From: Octopus vulgaris
Taxonomy: Eukaryota
Direction of reading: 5' to 3'
DNA length: 64,000 nucleotides
Assembly (NCBI GenBank): GCA_951406725.2
Contig: OX597832.1
Span: forward strand, 930,001 to 994,000
Program-made: the position numbers and the translations under genes
The notes under the pieces: model-generated
Told to the model about the DNA's origin: nothing
The model's database searches: none
What the model saw: only the letters and a program-made list of their open reading frames with translations
Shown: positions 12,383 through 28,705 of the stretch, piece after piece
How the letters are laid out: the number at the start of each line of letters is the position of its first letter
How positions within the stretch are numbered: position 1 is the first letter of the stretch

Positions 12383-12477
12383 TCATTACAATTGTTTCGA
12401 CACATCTAGCATTAATCCCTTACGAGATACAACTGGTTCAGGGACACCCGACGGTGTAGATGTACCGCTTCGGATGA
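12383..12477 (-). ncRNA. Degenerate minimal type I hammerhead ribozyme
   Basis: tcat-CCGAAGC-[gtacatcta...tagatgtgt]-C-GAAA-caattg-TA-atga. The core differs from CUGANGA. Confidence 0.55.
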
Positions 12478-12859
12478 TAAATAGATACAACTCGTTAAAA
12501 TAACAGTTCCACAATGTATCTTCTCAGTTTTTGTAAAAAGAAAGCAGCAAATTTAAGGATATAACTTCATTTATATAGAAGATCAATAATAAAATAACAG
12601 ATGCAAAAAAAGAAACCAACAGGTATTAAATATATCTGTTAACGGATATGGATGTATGGACGCCCTCGCGTAGCTTGTATGACGCACGCACACTCGCTCA
12701 TACAAACAGCCACGAAGATGTAAGCATACATACACGCGTGGTTTGGTGCACATACGTGCACATAGCAAGTTGAATAGATACTTGGTGTTTATAAGAACGG
12801 GAGCGGGGGTTAAATTCAAATTTAATTAATCCATACCTTAAGATGGATTACGTAACAGT

Positions 12860-13100
12860 TATTCAAACTCATTCCCATTGCATTGTGCGAAAGTACATTT
12901 AAATGCATGTAAGCATTTTGAGAGTCTTTCAGAAATTCTATTAATGATCTTCTCATTGGTTCACAGAATAGACAAGGATTCCTCGGAGCAGAGTCGGCAA
13001 AAGCAAACCAGTTTGGAAAAGAGAGATCTGCAAGTTTAAGGATCCTTTGAATAGTCAGAGATTTTGAGATGTCCTGAGACAACTTACTGAGAGCCACAAG
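12860..13100 (-). mobile_element. Penelope-like GIY-YIG C-terminal remnant
   Basis: Frameshifted SKLSQ...CRLCSEE...INRISERLSKCLH, matching the C-terminus of ORF 24142-24774. Confidence 0.6.
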
Positions 13101-13119
13101 CCAAATTTGTAGTTAGCGA

Positions 13120-14333
13120 AAAGTTTCAGCCAGACTTAGGTTTACATGTTGGTGGAACAGTGTAGTTGACAGAGTCATTAAAGTAAGGAAACATGCCTGG
13201 AAGGATTGGAAAGGTGACAGTAGCAAGGAACTATATCATGCAGCAAGAAGGGAAGCTTGGAGGCAGGTAACATTAATCAGGGGTAAAGCAGAAAGGAAGA
13301 AGTTTGCCAAAGTTTTGTGGCATGATGACCAGCAGCTTGAAATGTTTTGGTTTCCAAGACAGTGTGTCAGGGAAAATTGTGATGTTGTTGGAGAGAAGTG
13401 TGTTTGCATGGATGGTGGCTCACTTGCAGTTAATGATTTCCCCAAAGAAAGAGGCTTGGAAGTGTCACTATGAAAGGTTGCTGAAATATCTAGCAGTGTG
13501 GGTTATGGTCTAAGTCACCCATATAATTAATCAGGTTGTATGCAAAGTAGTCATACCCAATGACTGATGTTGCAGTACCATAGTCAACTGCTACAAAGGT
13601 AAAGGTGATACCTTAGAAATTATTACAGAGGTATCAAATTGTTGAACCAGGTGATGAAAGTTAAAGAAAGGAACATAGCTCTAGATGAGATGCAGTTTGA
13701 TTTTGTGACATGGAGAAGCACCACTGAGTAAGGCAGTTGCAGGAGAAGTGCGTAGCCAAAACTAAACCTCTGTACTTGGCTTTTGTTGACACAGAGAAAA
13801 GTCTCTTGCTCCATTATCTGGTGGTCAATGCTAGATGAGTGGTTGGTGAGAGCTGTATAAGCCATGTTCAGAGATGCTTTCAGCAAGGTGGGAGTTGGCA
13901 ACAAGTATAGCAATGAATTCAGTGTACAGGTAGGGGTTCACCAAGGATCGGTCCTCAGCCCCCTCTTGTTCATCATAGTCCTCCAGGCAATAACAGAGGA
14001 ATTTAAAACGTGTTACCCCTGGAAGATCCTTTACACTGATGACCTTGTTCTTATAGCTGAATCACTACCAGAACTGGAGAAGAAATTTCAGGTGTGGAAG
14101 CGAGGTCTTGGATCACAGGGCCTTAGAGTTAATTTAGCAAAATCCAAAGTCTTAATAAGTAGGAAAGCAAACAAATCACAAATCCTTTCAGGGAGATGGC
14201 CCTGCTTGATATGAAGGGTATCCACCGCAGAAACCAAGCCAATTGAGACTCTCCCGCTTACCAATCCCAATCAAACCGTCTAACTCATGCCAGCATGGAA
14301 AACAGATGCTAAATGATGATGATGATGACGATG
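13120..14333 (+). mobile_element. RTE-clade LINE, decayed, with (GAT)n 3' tail
   Basis: Motifs WWNSVVDRVIK, YRGIKLL, GVHQGSVLSPLLFIIV, LYTDDLVL, GLRVNLAKSK. Tail of gatgatgat at 14314-14333. Confidence 0.85.
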
Positions 14334-14339
14334 CATCCT

Positions 14340-14560
14340 TTATCTTTTATTTTTGACTTCTTTCAGTCATTAGACTGCGGCCATGTGGGGAGCTATCCTG
14401 AAAATATTTTAGTAGAATGAGTTGACTCCACTGCTTATATTTTTTTAAAGCCAGGTACCTATTCTAGCAGTCTCTTGCCAAACTAAGTTATAGAGATGTA
14501 AACACACTTACATCATTTGTCAAGTGGTGGTGGGGAACAAACACAGGCACACAGAGACAT
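14340..14560 (-). mobile_element. Partial SINE (3' half), same family as 27012-27399
   Basis: Shares tttcagtcattagactgcggccatg and tattcta...gtctcttgcc with the other copies. Confidence 0.7.
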
Positions 14561-14563
14561 ATA

Positions 14564-14594
<31 letters not shown>

Positions 14595-14627
14595 ATACAT
14601 ATACATATGCATACATACATACATACA

Positions 14628-14671
<44 letters not shown>

Positions 14672-15004
14672 ATCCAAGGATCGAGTTAGCCTCAAGCAAA
14701 CCATAGTACATATGAAAAACAACTTTCAGAAACAATAGTGGTTTATTGAAACGGAAGGTTGTGGACTTTTTCTTATCGAAGTACGACAAATTGAAAAAAT
14801 ATATTTTTATATTTCACAGTAGACAACCAGGGTGTCTGTTTCGGTGAGTTGCGATGTATATAGGATGCATATAGGAGTCATCTGGCAAGAGGGTTGTTCC
14901 TCACTAAATAATAATCCGCTCACAAGTTCATCCGGAACACCCCTACAAACATATGCAGCTTCAGATACCCAACCTTCTGTCCTTTATATAACCGCTGTCT
15001 CTCA

Positions 15005-15345
15005 AAAAACATAGTTTACAAGTGTACAGTATCACCTGCCAGCTGTAACTACATATGTATCGGCTCATGCAGTACCACCTTCAAAGCTAGAGTGAGCAAC
15101 CACTTTTGTTTCAAGTCCCAAACAAAATCCAACAGTACATCGTTATCTCAGCTTATTAATAAACTAATGTTTGATCCAACTCCTTACACTCTCAAGTGGT
15201 CCATAGTCACCCACACCAAACCATACAGCAGCTATAATAACAAGTGTGCCCTCTGCATAGCCGGGGTCTTAGCTATTTTACAATCCACGGATTGTCTTAA
15301 TGAAAGCAGCAGTATAATTGTTACCTGCAAACATTCGATCACTAA
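15005..15345 (+). mobile_element. Hydra-type Penelope-like GIY-YIG fragment
   Basis: Translates VYKCTV...CIGSCSTTFKARVSNH...STSLSQ...LKWSIV...KCALC...LNE...CKH. Confidence 0.75.
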
Positions 15346-15856
15346 ACATATTCTCAAAATACAAATACCAACAACCTCACCCCGCTTTTTTCTCCTAACC
15401 TTCATAAATTTTCTCTCATATACCACTACCGCTATATATTTAACCGACTTTATATCTTCTCTTTAATTCCTTTTTGCCATTTACACACTTCTCTCTGTAT
15501 CTTTCCTTGCCATATATACAAATCTCTTTTCTCTTATTTCACCTGTCTCCTCCTTCTACCCTTCCCCTTGTAAACTTACAAGTACATATGCCAACATATA
15601 CCTCTACTACTTCATAGTGTAAACATACTCACCGCACACAATATACACTCCTTAACTGATTGCTAGTAGCCACCACGATTCTTATTGGAATTCACACACA
15701 AGGTACAGGAAACTTATATATACACTATTCTGCTTAACTATTGGAACTGCAAATACAATATCCTTACGTATCTCACGTTTGTTTTCATTCCTCCACTTCA
15801 CACTGTATTTCATATCTCTCTATAATAACTATTACTTAAACATTTTCCCCACACCG

Positions 15857-15902
15857 TCTCTGATAAAGGGATATATAAAATATCCCGGAAACAGCTGTAA
15901 GA
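15857..15902 (+). ncRNA. Minimal type I hammerhead ribozyme (PLE pseudo-LTR), core variant
   Basis: tct-CTGATAA-a-gggatat-[loop]-atatccc-g-GAAA-cagctg-TA-aga, with a palindromic helix III. Confidence 0.65.
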
Positions 15903-16108
15903 TCACTTTATAAATGTTCTAAATCTATTCTCAGCCTAGGATTGTTTATCTCCTTATTCGTATCATTATTGAACCTGGAGCCTAAGTTACAGAGACGTAC
16001 AGTAGAGGTATATCTCCGTAACTTATAACTACAGTCTGTCCATAGCACTTACTCAGCATTACCTGACACCTTTGGGTCTTCTTGACACCAATACCTCTCA
16101 TACCCTCG

Positions 16109-16187
<79 letters not shown>

Positions 16188-16313
16188 CACGTATGTATGT
16201 ATGTATATAATTAAGAGAAAAACCTCAATTAAACAATTCAATAATGAAAGATGTTATTCACAGTAATTTCCCTTTGTATAACGGTCATTTTTCATTGCGT
16301 TTTTCCGATGGCC

Positions 16314-16376
16314 AGATAACTGAAGAGATGGTAGTGTGTATTTCCACCTCGGCATCCGAAACTCAGAATTTTATCT
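16314..16376 (+). ncRNA. Hammerhead ribozyme-like motif
   Basis: agataa-CTGAAGA-gatg...catc-c-GAAA-ctcag...ttatct. Related copies at 24969-25031 and ~22246-22290. Confidence 0.6.
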
Positions 16377-16472
16377 TGGCTACCGAATAAGTGTCACATA
16401 TTACATTTACAGATAAATTCCTCTATCTACATAATATTGAGGTCTCTTTCTTTTGTTATCTTACCGTTTTTA

Positions 16473-16572
<100 letters not shown>

Positions 16573-16679
16573 TAAATATACTATATATATTATATATATT
16601 ATAAATATATTAAATATACTATATATATTATATTATATAAATATATTATACATATATGTATATAATTTAGAGAAAAACC

Positions 16680-19260
<2,581 letters not shown>

Positions 19261-19939
19261 CTAATTTGTGTATAAATATAAACCCTGTTTTATTGTTACT
19301 AATTGTTGTAGTTATAATTTGTTGTAGTAAAATGCGTATAAATTAGCACGGGATTATATAATTAGAATAAGTTGAAAATTAGATGTTTATAAAATTAATA
19401 CATAATTAGAATAAGTTGAAAATTAGATGTTTATAAAATTAATTAATTAATTAATGAAAATTGATTAAATTATAAAATGTTAGCTTAATTTATGATTATT
19501 ATATTATGTTATGTATTTTACGTATTTAGTATTTAAATTATTTAGACTTTACAATTTTTCCAGTTAATGGTATATTAAAGTTATTTTTTCCCTTATTCTT
19601 ACAGCTAAAATACATTTGTAACTTTAATAGCTTAAATACATATTTCAATCTATTTATTCTATAAATTTTATTTACGCCATATTTTCATGCGATATATTTC
19701 TTATAAACGTTTTACGTATTACGTTCAAATTTTTAGTTAACGAAAATCTTTCGATAAGATACGTTATATATTTATTTTAAGAAATATTGTTAAATGTTTT
19801 TCGATTATTTATAATTAATACACGTATTTTTCTATATTTATTTGATAACTTAGAAGTCAACTCGTGACCGAATAAGAGCACTTCTTAAACACGTTATGCC
19901 TTAGCAAACGTTCTAAGAGTCCAAGATGTCACTAATGCT

Positions 19940-20285
19940 TAACAGCCGGTGTTGATGTATTTACGTCCCCGTAACATAGCGGTTCAGCAAACATTAACCG
20001 ATATAATAAGTATCTTTAAAATATAAGTACTGGGATCTATTCATTCTACTAAAAATTCTGCATGCCGGTACTCCAGCATGGCTGCAGTTTAATGACTGAA
20101 ACAAGTGACAGGTAATATATATTGGCGAATGTGACAAGGCTTGCCCTTTGAAATACAGATTAAGCTGAGTGTACGGGAGCAACGTGAAATTTAGGGTTTT
20201 GCTCAAGGACACAATACGCTTCGGGGAATCGAACTCACAACTTTACGGTCATGAACCGAATACCTCAACTACTAAGCCATGTGCC
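19940..20285 (+). mobile_element. SINE fragments
   Basis: 3' half of the common SINE plus a gcaacgtgaaat...gctcaaggaca module also seen at ~57325-57360. Confidence 0.6.
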
Positions 20286-20296
20286 CTGTATATATG

Positions 20297-20574
20297 CTGT
20301 TGTTTGTTCCTTCTCGAGCCATGCCTGGCTCATAAGGGCCGGTTTCCCGGTTTCTTGGCGTACAGGTTCCCCACCTGGATGGGACGCCGGTCCATTGCAG
20401 GTGAGCTGCATGATGCAGGAGAAAAGAGTGAGAGAAAGTTGTGGCGAAAGAGTCAGCAGAAGTTTCGCCATTACCTTCTGCCGGAGCCGCGTGGAGCTTA
20501 GATTCTGAGATTCGAACCCGCGATCCCTCGACCGCGAGTCCGCAGCTCTAACTACCAGGCCATGTGCCTCCACC
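20297..20574 (-). mobile_element. tRNA-derived SINE (second family)
   Basis: Head GGAGGCACATGGCCTGGTAGTTAGAG (A box)...GGTTCGAATCT (B box). Body shared with 22481-22680; ends in an AAC-rich tail. Confidence 0.8.
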
Positions 20575-20599
20575 TGTATATATGTGTGTGTGTATGTGC

Positions 20600-20645
<46 letters not shown>

Positions 20646-20647
20646 AG

Positions 20648-20885
20648 GTGGTGACCCCCTTCGTTCAGACACTGACCATGGGTTTGCACCTAGAGAGTTA
20701 CCCTCTGAGGCACAAGTCTGGGCAAGGTTGTTTTATGGAAGACCAGCAGTCGCCCATGTATACCGGCCTCCCCTCTCCACGACACCAGTGTTATCCAAGG
20801 GAAAGGCAACGGCCGATACAGCTTGGCACCTGTGACGTCGCAACTCATTTCTACAGCTGAGTGAACTGGAACAACGTGAAATAAA
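20648..20885 (-). repeat. Interspersed repeat, inverted relative to 22768-22957
   Basis: The two segments are reverse complements (gaagaccagcagtcgccca / tgggcgactgctggtct). Confidence 0.75.
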
Positions 20886-20902
20886 GACACAACACGCAGC
20901 CC

Positions 20903-20968
<66 letters not shown>

Positions 20969-20989
20969 GTGCGTGTATATATGTATGTA

Positions 20990-21099
<110 letters not shown>

Positions 21100-21619
21100 T
21101 TCATTTATAATGAATATATATAGATATGCATATATTATACATATATGTTTATACTCATTTATGCATATGTAGTATTTTGGACTAATGAGTATATGTCAAT
21201 TAGTTTACAAATGTGTTGAGCAAAGCACTGTCACGGTTTTGGGCTATCTGATGTCATCCGCAGTTGGAATATATTTCTGTTGCATCTACTTCGGGAATTC
21301 TTCAGTGTTAGTTGAGATAAGTATCGATTAAGTAAACAAGATGGATTTGGTATAAATCTTTATTTTGTCCGATGATCGTTTCGACTCATCCTATCCTGCG
21401 ACTGCTCTTTATGAGTGGGATGCTGCGCATCATATTGTCTTGCATCCATTTTGCAGTCTGGGTCACATCAGGTACATAAAGTGGTGTCTCGCTTGAGTTT
21501 GGGCGGTTATGTTGATATTTGCCTGCTTCAATTAGGGAATATATGCATGTTTGTAAAGTATGTAAATATGTATAAATATATATGTACATAAGTGTGTCTC
21601 TATCTATCTATCTATCTAC

Positions 21620-21753
<134 letters not shown>

Positions 21754-21774
21754 GTCTGTCTTACTGTCTGTCTT

Positions 21775-21805
<31 letters not shown>

Positions 21806-21845
21806 GCCTGTCTGTCTGCCAGTCTGTCTGTCTGTTTGTCTGTGC

Positions 21846-21878
<33 letters not shown>

Positions 21879-22071
21879 GCCACTACACATATTTCTTCCT
21901 CTCCTTGCTTTTTTCTCTCCTTGTTTCTCTTCTTGTTTTTTCTGTGTCCCTTTCTGTAGAAGAGCGTAGGCTCGAAACGTAAAAGACTTTTTTCTATTCG
22001 TGAGCGTTATACTAATATATCTGTTTGTTTTGTACACCACCTGTCTTTGTCTTTTGTTTTTTTCGTAAACT

Positions 22072-22119
<48 letters not shown>

Positions 22120-22327
22120 ATAAAAATGGTAAGACAACAAAAGAATGAAAGAGACCTCGATATTATGTAAGTAGAGAAATTTATCTGTAAATTTAATATG
22201 TGACAGTTGTTCGGTAGCCGTGGTGAAACTCCGAGTTTCGGATGGCGGATAACTAAAGAGATGGCGGCGTTCGAAACTCGGAGTTTTGTCATGGCTGCCG
22301 AGTGGTTGTCACATATTACATTTACAG

Positions 22328-22361
<34 letters not shown>

Positions 22362-22420
22362 ATGTGTGTGCGTGTGTGTGTGTATACATATATATGCATA
22401 TATATATATGTGTGTGTGTG

Positions 22421-22480
<60 letters not shown>

Positions 22481-22482
<2 letters not shown>

Positions 22483-22957
22483 GGAGGCGCAATGGCCCAG
22501 TAGGTTCGCGGTTTCGATTCCCAGACCGGTCATTGTGAGTGTTTATTGAGCGAAAACACCTAAAGCTCTACGAGACTCCGGCAGGGCGGGGGGTGAACCT
22601 TGCTGTACTCTTTCACCACAACTTTCTCTCACTCTTTCTTCCTGTTTCAGTTGTACCTGTATTTCAGAGGGCCAGCCTTGTCACACTCTGTGTCACGCTG
22701 AATCTCCTCGAGAACTGCGTTAAGGTGTGCGTGTCTGTGGTGTGCTCAGCCACTTGCACGTTAATAAATGAGCTGCGATGTCAATGGTGCCAAACTGTAT
22801 CGGCCTTTGCCTTTCCCTTGGATAACATCGGTGGCGTGGAGAGGGGAGGCTGGTATGCGTGGGCGACTGCTGGTCTGCCATAAACAACCTTGCCCAGACT
22901 TGTACCTCGGAGTGTAACTTTCTAGGTGCAATTCCATGGGCATTCGTGACCGAAGGA
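22481..22957 (+). mobile_element. Composite tRNA-headed SINE
   Basis: Head GGAGGCGCAATGGCCCAGTAGGTT...GGTTTCGATTCC; body as in 20297-20574; 3' module as in 20648-20885. Confidence 0.7.
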
Positions 22958-23396
22958 GGACACAATATAGTATAAGTTAAGTACATTTATTCTATTATTA
23001 TCATTTTTTTATTAGTATTATTATATGTGTGAGTATATTTTTAAATAGAATTCCTTTTAGATCGATTTAATTTTAAATCGAATTGATTTTATTATTATTA
23101 TCTATTTGAAAATATAGCCACGAAACGCGCATAATCTGTTTTTTCTACTATTTACTATGTACTTTATTGATTTTTAGAATAAGGTTTTTTTATAGTATAT
23201 GTTTTCTATATTGGTGTGAATAACATCTTTCTTTATTGAATTGTTTAATAGAAGTTTTTCTCTAAGTTATATACATATTATATATTGTGAAATTTGATTT
23301 AAAATTGTTAAATTGAATTTTTCCCTGTAAGTTTTGGAATTATATTCCCTACTATTATTATTATATATACATATATATATTATATAATAAATATAT

Positions 23397-23436
<40 letters not shown>

Positions 23437-23439
23437 ATA

Positions 23440-25040
23440 TATTTATTTAACTATCTCTAAAGAACTGCTAGATAAAGCCTTCATCTTCGCTAGCGACTTC
23501 ATAGAAATTAGTACCAATGATAAGGACATAATCTTCCATGCTAGAAAGACCTTACTTTTCAGTGAGAACGCAAAGTGGGTAAAAAACACCGACACAGAGG
23601 GCGCTTTCGATGTGAGCATGGGTTCATATGATGGGGCAGGCATCTGCGATCTAATTGGACTTTTTCTCCTAGATACCTTAGGTAAAACATTCCCTAACGT
23701 ACATTTCGCCATCTACAAAGATGATGCAAATGGACCAGCACAAGATCGTTTTAGGAAGGATATTATCCAGTTAATGAAATACTTCGGACTTAGTATAACT
23801 ATAGATACTAACCTGACGGTTGTCAATTTATTAGACGTTTCCTTAGATCTTAATAAGAATATTTATAAGCCTTATAGGAAGCCCAATGATAGACTAAGTT
23901 ATATTAATGTAGGTTCATGCCATCCCCCTATAGTATTCAAAAATTTAGTTAAAAATATTAGTAAGAGGATTTCTAGCCTCTCCTCTGATAAGGACATCTT
24001 CAATAGCGTTGCCCCAGTTTATAATAAGATAGTGGTTTTAGCGAAAAAATAAAATATACACCCATTACTAGCCCAACAGTAAGGAAAAGGAATAATAGAA
24101 ATAGGAAGGTCATCTGGTTTACGCCCCCTTACTCACCCGAGGTGGCCTTCAATATAGGTAAATATTTCCTAGCACTGATAGATAGACATTTTCCAGTTAA
24201 CCATACTTATAGGAAACTCTTCAATAGACACAATTTTAAAATTAGTTTCAGTTCCACTACCAATTTTAAAAACATAATCAAACATAACATACAAAAAACA
24301 CAACAAGAAAACAGCTGTTCATGCAGGAATAAAGAATTGTGCCCGCTAAATGGAGCTTGCATGTCCAAGACCATCATATATGAAGCTACCGTAAACCCTA
24401 TAACCACTAAAGACACCGTTTCGACGAAGAAATACGTGGGCCTTACAGAGGGTAACTTCAAGGCCAGGTTCAATAACCACACTTTGAGCTTTAGGCACTG
24501 GAACAAAAGAAAAGCGACACAATTATCTAATCATATTTGGTCTTTAAGAGATAAAGGTGTCGATTATAACATACATTGGAAGATTTTGGCCAGATGTAAG
24601 CCCTATACCAACGGCAGCGGAAGGTGCGGTCTATGCGACATGGAGAGATGGCTCATCTGGAAAAGCAGCTTAGACCCTACTACATGTCTAAACACAAGGA
24701 CAGAGCTTTTTGGATCATGCCCACATGTGACTAAATTTCTGTTACGTTTTTGGTCCCCTAAAGAAAACAGATAGAACATGCTTTCTATGTTATGTCCCAA
24801 GAAGATTTTATATATTTTTATATATTTTTTTATATATTTTTTATGCATTTTTATATAATTTTTATGACGAAAAATGCGAGCGATGTATAAGTACGCAGGC
24901 AAGCAGAGTTATAACAGAGTAATTTCCCTATGTTTAACGGTATTTTTTCATAGCGTTTTCAAATAGCCAGATAACCGAAGAGATGGTGTTGTGGATTTCC
25001 ACTTCGGCATCTGAAACTCAGAGTTTTATCTTGACTATCG
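23440..25040 (+). mobile_element. 5'-truncated Hydra-type Penelope-like element inserted in (TA)n
   Basis: RT: FDVSMGSYDGAGICDLIGLFLL, YKDD, YKPYRKPN, SCHPP. GIY-YIG ORF 24142-24774: IIYEA..YVGLTEGNFKARFNNH, CGLCDME, LNTRTE..CPH. 3' pseudo-LTR carries a hammerhead motif at 24969-25031. Confidence 0.92.
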
Positions 25041-25059
25041 AGTAATGTAACATATTGTG

Positions 25060-25113
<54 letters not shown>

Positions 25114-25384
25114 CATGGCCACAGCTTGTGAGCTGAAGCTAGATAAATAAAAAAAAAATACATACATATACATATATCATAAATATTTATATATATATAT
25201 ACACCTTTTAACTTGTTTCAGTTATCAGATTGTGGCCATGCTAGGCTTTTAGTCAAACAAATCGATCCCAGGACTTATTTTTATTTAGTACCTGGTACTT
25301 ATTCTATCGGTTCTTTTTGCTGAACCGCTGGTTGACAGCGACGTATACAAATCAGCACTGGTTGTCAAGCGGTGTTGGGGTAGT

Positions 25385-26922
25385 GTGGGTTTATTGCAGC
25401 TCCACACAACCAACAGCAACCACTCTGTCTACTCTGTGAAAAGACTTTTACAAATGAAACGATGAAACCATCGAGTCTTCAAGAACACTTGAATAAAATG
25501 CATCCTGATAGAGCAGAAAAAAAATTTGAATTATTTTCAATCTCTTAAAAATAATTTTCACGTGAGAAAAACAATAAGAAGTTTTTTCCCCAGTTCATCC
25601 AGTCAATCTAATGATGGTTTACGCGCTTCTTATAACATATCACTTCTTATTGCGAAGTCCGGCAAACCTCACACTAAGGGAACAGCTGTAAAAGAAGTCC
25701 TGAAGACGGTGCTACACAAGGCATCAGAGCCAATTATCAAAGGTATTCCTCTGAGTAATAGCTCTGTCCAGAGAAGAGTTGATGAAATGGCAGAAGTCGT
25801 CGAAGACCAACTCTGCACAATTCTGAAGAAAGCAGAATTCAGCTTGCCGTTCGACGAGTTTACTTTCCCAGGTTATGATTCCCTCCTCGCATATGTTCGT
25901 TTTGTGAAAGAGGAAAGTTTATGCCAAGAACTGCTCTTTTCCAGACTATTGGAAACTAATAGCGAGGGTGAATCCATTTTCAATGTTGTCAAGAGCTTTA
26001 TTGACAAAAAGGACATCCCACTGAATAATATTGTAGCTTGTGCAACTGATGGTGCACCATCGATGACTGATTGTCATCGCGGCTTCATCAGTTATCTCAA
26101 AGTCAGTTCACCTGATATCTTCACGATGCTCTGCGTGATCTACCGACATCTTGTTGCACGAAACCTCAGAAGTCGTCTTCACGATTTCCTAAACACGGTC
26201 ATCACTGCCGGAAATAAAATCTCATGCTCAAAACTCTCGCCTATTTCAACAGCTTTGCTTCGAAAACGACGAAGACTTTCAAAACTTGCTGCTCCAAACA
26301 GAAGTGAGGTGGTTATCACAGGGAATTGTGTGACACACTTTCATGCGTTGTTTGATTCAGTTCTTTGATACCACCGTCCCAGAACTGTGTGAGGCTTAAA
26401 AGTATAAAAAAGATATTGCATACTTGTCTTGACTTATTCACTAAATTCAACGAAGTGAATAAGCAGCTGCAAGGAGATGGTGTTAATCTCACCCAAGTTA
26501 AGACAACCATCTCAACATTTCAAGCCAAACTTGTTATGTATAAGCGCAATATTGGACGCAGGGAGTCTTTCTAGTTCCCTTGCTTGTCTAGTTTTGAAAA
26601 GGACAGAAAACTTGCAGACGAGGATATGCTTGTCTTTTGCTCCCACCTTACTGAACTGCAGGAAGATATGGAGCGTCGATTTCATGATCTGTTTGCTCTT
26701 CGAGTTCCTGACTGGATTGTCAACCCCTTCATTGACATCGTTGAAGAAGAGAGTGGAGAGTTAGAAGAAGAGCTGATAACCCATCAAAATGATAATGAAT
26801 TGGAGCCTAAATTCCGCAAGTGTGATCAAGAATCTTAGCTTCAAAAAGCTATGCGTGACCGCTATCCGGAGCTTTGGAAGAAAGTCAAATTATTTTTCAT
26901 TGCCTTTCCAACATCTCATTTT
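25385..26922 (+). mobile_element. hAT transposase pseudogene (Charlie/TcBuster, ZBED5/SCAND3-like)
   Basis: BED-like PLCLLCEK...MKPSSLQEHLNKMHP, then YNISLLIAKSGKPHT, IPLSNSSVQRRVDEMA, ACATDGAPSM, LQGDGVNL, WIVNPF, IAFPTS. Frameshifted; TIRs not identified. Confidence 0.9.
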
Positions 26923-26957
26923 TAGGAGGGGGTGGGGTGAGGAATTTCGACAAATTC

Positions 26958-27011
<54 letters not shown>

Positions 27012-27014
<3 letters not shown>

Positions 27015-27396
27015 GTGGTAAGTAGCTTGCTAACCAACCACATGGTTCCGGATTCAGTCTCACTGCGTGGCATCTTGGGCAAGTGTCTTCTGCTATAGCC
27101 CCAGGCCAACCAATGCCTTGTGAGTGGATTTGGTAGACGGAAACTGAAAGAAGCCTGTCGTATATATGTATATATATGTATGTGTATGTGTGTGTGTCTG
27201 TGTTTGATCCCCTAGCATTGCTTGACAACCGATGCTGGTGTTTACGTCCCCGTCACTTAGCGGTTCGGCAAAAGAGACCGATAGAATAAGTACTGGGCTT
27301 ATAAAGAATAAGTCCCGGGGTCGATTTGCTCGACTAAAGGTGGTGCTCCAGCATGGCCGCAGTCAAATGACTGAAACAAGTAAAAGAGTAAAAGAG

Positions 27397-27399
<3 letters not shown>
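27012..27399 (+). mobile_element. tRNA-derived SINE (octopus-type family)
   Basis: Near-full copy with a (GTAAAAGA)n tail. Confidence 0.88.
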
Positions 27400-27457
<58 letters not shown>

Positions 27458-28243
27458 TATATTATATTATATTATATTATATTATATTATATTATATATA
27501 TATATATATTATATTATATCATATTATATTATATTATATTATATTATATTATATCATATATGTATATATGTAATTAAAAAGTTCAAACGGGGAATTATTT
27601 CATTCAGTATCATGTTTATTATAGAGATTATGTAACAAATTATACTTTAACTGTGCGTGTATATTCATTACTTTTGTTTCTGGTGTCTTCTGCCTCTCTA
27701 TCAGAAACGTTTATCTAGTAATTTACTTAAAGTGGGGAAAAAATCGTACGCAACAGATAAGTCCCTTAGCCATTATTTTTAGCATAATGAGTTTTCTAGT
27801 GAGGGCTTCATTTGCCTTCATTGCCTGTTTCTTGCTTCAGTAGAAATCTACGGATGCACAAATGCGTAAAACGGAGAAAATGAAACAAATATGGACGACT
27901 TGTTCCGAAACACCTCCGAATGGGGAATAGTTCTCAAAAATAACCCCCAATTTTCTCGGAATCTACACAGGCTGAGGTATATTTGTAGAGGATTTCATTT
28001 AAAAAATATCCATTTTCTTGAAAGTTAAGACGAATTGAAGTGGACTCCGATGAATTTTCCGAAATCTGTAGTTATGCCCGTTTTTCTTCTAGCGAACCTA
28101 CTTGCAGTAGATCTTCTTTGTTATAGTTTGTTTTGAGTTTAAAAGTTCAAAGTGGACTAAACCTTTCATATCCCACCAAACGGATAATAACACCTAACGT
28201 GCTTCTTATTCGGATATATGATACATTGACATTATATATATAT

Positions 28244-28618
28244 ACTCTTTTACTCTTTACTCTTTTACTTGTTTCAGTCATTTGACTGCGGCCATGCTGG
28301 AGCACCACCTTTTAGTACTTATTCTATCGGTCTCTTTTTGCCGAACCGCTAAGTGACGGGGACCTAAACACACCAGCATCGGTTGTCAAGCAATGCTAGG
28401 GGGACAAACACAGACACACAAACACACACACATATACATATATATACATATATACGACAGGCTTCTTTCAGTTTCCGTCTACCAAATCCACTCACAAGGC
28501 ATTGGTCGGCCCGGGGCTATAGCAGAAGACACTTGCCCAAGATGCCACGCAGTGGGACTGAACCCGCAACCGTGTGGTTGGTTAGCAAGCTACTTACCAC
28601 ACAGCCACTCCTGCGCCT
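28244..28618 (-). mobile_element. tRNA-derived SINE (same family), inverted relative to 27012-27399
   Basis: Near-identical reverse complement with a small internal deletion. Confidence 0.88.
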
Positions 28619-28620
28619 AA

Positions 28621-28704
<84 letters not shown>

Positions 28705-28705
28705 T

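Noticed and set aside
19359-19442. Short direct repeats as a CRISPR-like array (also 3378-3468)
   Set aside because: Simple tandem duplications without unique spacers or cas genes, in a eukaryotic context.
20490-20574. tRNA gene
   Set aside because: A and B boxes are present, but there is no closing acceptor stem and it continues into a SINE body.
25526-26368. Possible domesticated ZBED5/SCAND3-type host gene
   Set aside because: Multiple frameshifts, stops and damaged catalytic motifs indicate a decayed hAT copy.
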